The notes under the pieces: generated by a model
What the model saw: the letters and a program-made list of their open reading frames with translations, nothing else
The model's database searches: none
Told to the model about the DNA's origin: nothing
NCBI GenBank assembly: GCA_030390025.1
Contig: CM059432.1
Span: forward strand, 129,272,001 to 129,336,000
DNA: 64,000 nucleotides
Direction of reading: 5' to 3'
Source: Squalus acanthias
Taxonomy: Eukaryota
Translations under genes and position numbers: made by a program
In this document: in pieces, positions 62,530 through 64,000 of the stretch
How the letters are laid out: each line of letters starts with the position of its first letter
How positions within the stretch are numbered: position 1 is the first letter of the stretch

Positions 62530-63413
62530 GTCCTGGACAACCACCTATGCAGGAAGTGTCATCGGCTGGAGGAGTTTGAACTCCGGGTTTTGGAGCTTGA
62601 ACAGTAGCTGACGTCACTGTGGTGCATGCGCGAGGCTGAGAGCTACGTGGATAGCACGTTTCAGGAGGTGGTCACCCCACAGATAAGGAGTGTGCAGGCA
62701 GAGAGGGAATGGGTGACCGCCAGACAGAAGAGGAGGACCAGGCAGGTAGTGTAGGAGTCCCCTGAGTGTATCTCACTCTTCAACCAGTATTCTGTTCTGT
62801 GTACTGGTGAGGGCGATGGTTCCTCTGGGGAGTAGAGCCAGAGCCAAGTCCGCGGCACCACGGGTGGCTCAGCTGTACAGGGGGGGGGGGGGGAGAAGGA
62901 AGATAGGGAAAGCAATAGTGGTAGGGGATTCGATAGTTAGGGGAGCAGACAGGCGTTTCTGCGGCCGCAGACGTGACTCCAGGATGGTATGTTGCCTCCC
63001 TGGTGCCAGGGTCAAAAACTGAGTGGCTGCAGAACACTCTGAGGGGGGAGGGTGAACAGCCAGAGGTCGTGGTCCATATTGGTACCAACGACATAGGTAG
63101 AAAGAGGGATGAGGTCCTGTAGGCAGATTTTAGGGAGCTAGGAAAGAGATTAATAAGCAGGACCTCAAAGGTAGTAATCTCCGGATTACTCCCAGTGCCA
63201 CGCTCAAGTGAGTATAGAAATAGAAGACTAGAGCAGATGAATGCATGGCTGGAGAGATGGTGCAGGAGGGAGGGCTTCAGATTCCTGGGGCATTGGGACT
63301 GCTTCTGGAGGAGGTGGGACCTGCACAGGCCAGACGGGTTGCACCACAACTGGACCGGAACCAATATCCTCGCGGGGAGGTTTGTTAGTGCTGTTGGGGA
63401 GGGTTTAAACTAA
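62530..63413 (+). pseudogene. CR1 ORF1 remnant (SGNH esterase-like)
   Basis: AIVVGDSIVRG, CCLPGARV, VVVHIGTNDIG, DGLH motifs; several stops and frameshifts. Confidence 0.85.
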
Positions 63414-63578
63414 TTTGGCAGGGGGATGGGCACCAGGATGTAACAATAGAAAGGGGAAATAAAGTGCTCAAAGGATTGGGAGAGGCAGAGAGCACTAAAG
63501 TAAGAAATAGTAAGGTATTAGGTGGGGTCCAACTAAGAGAGAATACAGGATGGTCTAAGGTGAGTTTTCAGTGTATGT

Positions 63579-64000
63579 ATGTATGTGAACGCACGAAGCA
63601 TAGTAAACAAGGTAAGTGATCTGCAGGCACAAATAGCCACATGGGAATATGATGTTGTGGCAATAACTGAGACCTGGCTCAAAAAAGGACAGGATTGGGC
63701 ATTAAATATTCCTGGTTATAAGGTGTTCAGGAAAGATATGGAAGGAAAGATAGGAGGTGGTGTGACAGTATTGGTTAAGGAGAATGTTACAGTACTGGAG
63801 AGGGTGGATGTCCTCGAGAGGTCAAGGACAGAATCTATATGGCTAGAGTTAAGAAATAATAGAGGTGCCATTACACTACTAGGTGTATTCTACAGGCCAC
63901 CAAATAGTGGGAAAGATATGGAGGAGCAAATTTGCAGAGAAATTACAGAGAGGTGCAAGAACTATAGAGTAGTAATAATGGGTGACTTCAACTATCCTAA
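63579..64000 (+). CDS. CR1 ORF2 APE-type endonuclease N-terminus, running off the window
   Basis: Open frame MYVNARSIVNK...DVVAITETWL...GGGV...YRPPN...IMGDFNYP; no stop before the window end. Confidence 0.8.
   Translation, partial: MYVNARSIVNKVSDLQAQIATWEYDVVAITETWLKKGQDWALNIPGYKVFRKDMEGKIGGGVTVLVKENVTVLERVDVLERSRTESIWLELRNNRGAITLLGVFYRPPNSGKDMEEQICREITERCKNYRVVIMGDFNYP

Noticed and set aside
1..64000. CRISPR arrays, operons or other prokaryotic systems
   Set aside because: No regularly spaced repeat-spacer array and no dense coding; all RT, nuclease and esterase motifs belong to vertebrate transposons.

Overview
Non-coding, repeat-dense vertebrate DNA. The repeat families point to a cartilaginous fish (shark-like); this is inferred from the repeats, not from a gene. 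No intact host protein-coding gene is recognisable, so the window is intronic or intergenic. It contains: (i) many copies of a tRNA-headed, Deu-core SINE (SacSINE1-like) and older AmnSINE2-like copies; (ii) non-LTR retrotransposon fragments: a CR1-group family with near-intact RT, vertebrate CR1/HER-like pieces including an ORF1 esterase and ORF2 endonuclease at the right edge, and L2 3' ends; (iii) Penelope-like fragments carrying minimal type-I hammerhead ribozyme motifs; (iv) a set of PIF/Harbinger-like DNA transposons and MITEs with 3-bp TSDs, including decayed spliced Myb/SANT-like genes and HARBI1-like transposase remnants; (v) a hAT MITE with an 8-bp TSD, possible solo LTRs, microsatellites, a G-rich minisatellite grown inside a transposon, and a CTCF-like site with upstream motif. 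Family names come from recalled motifs, not from database searches, and most boundaries are approximate.
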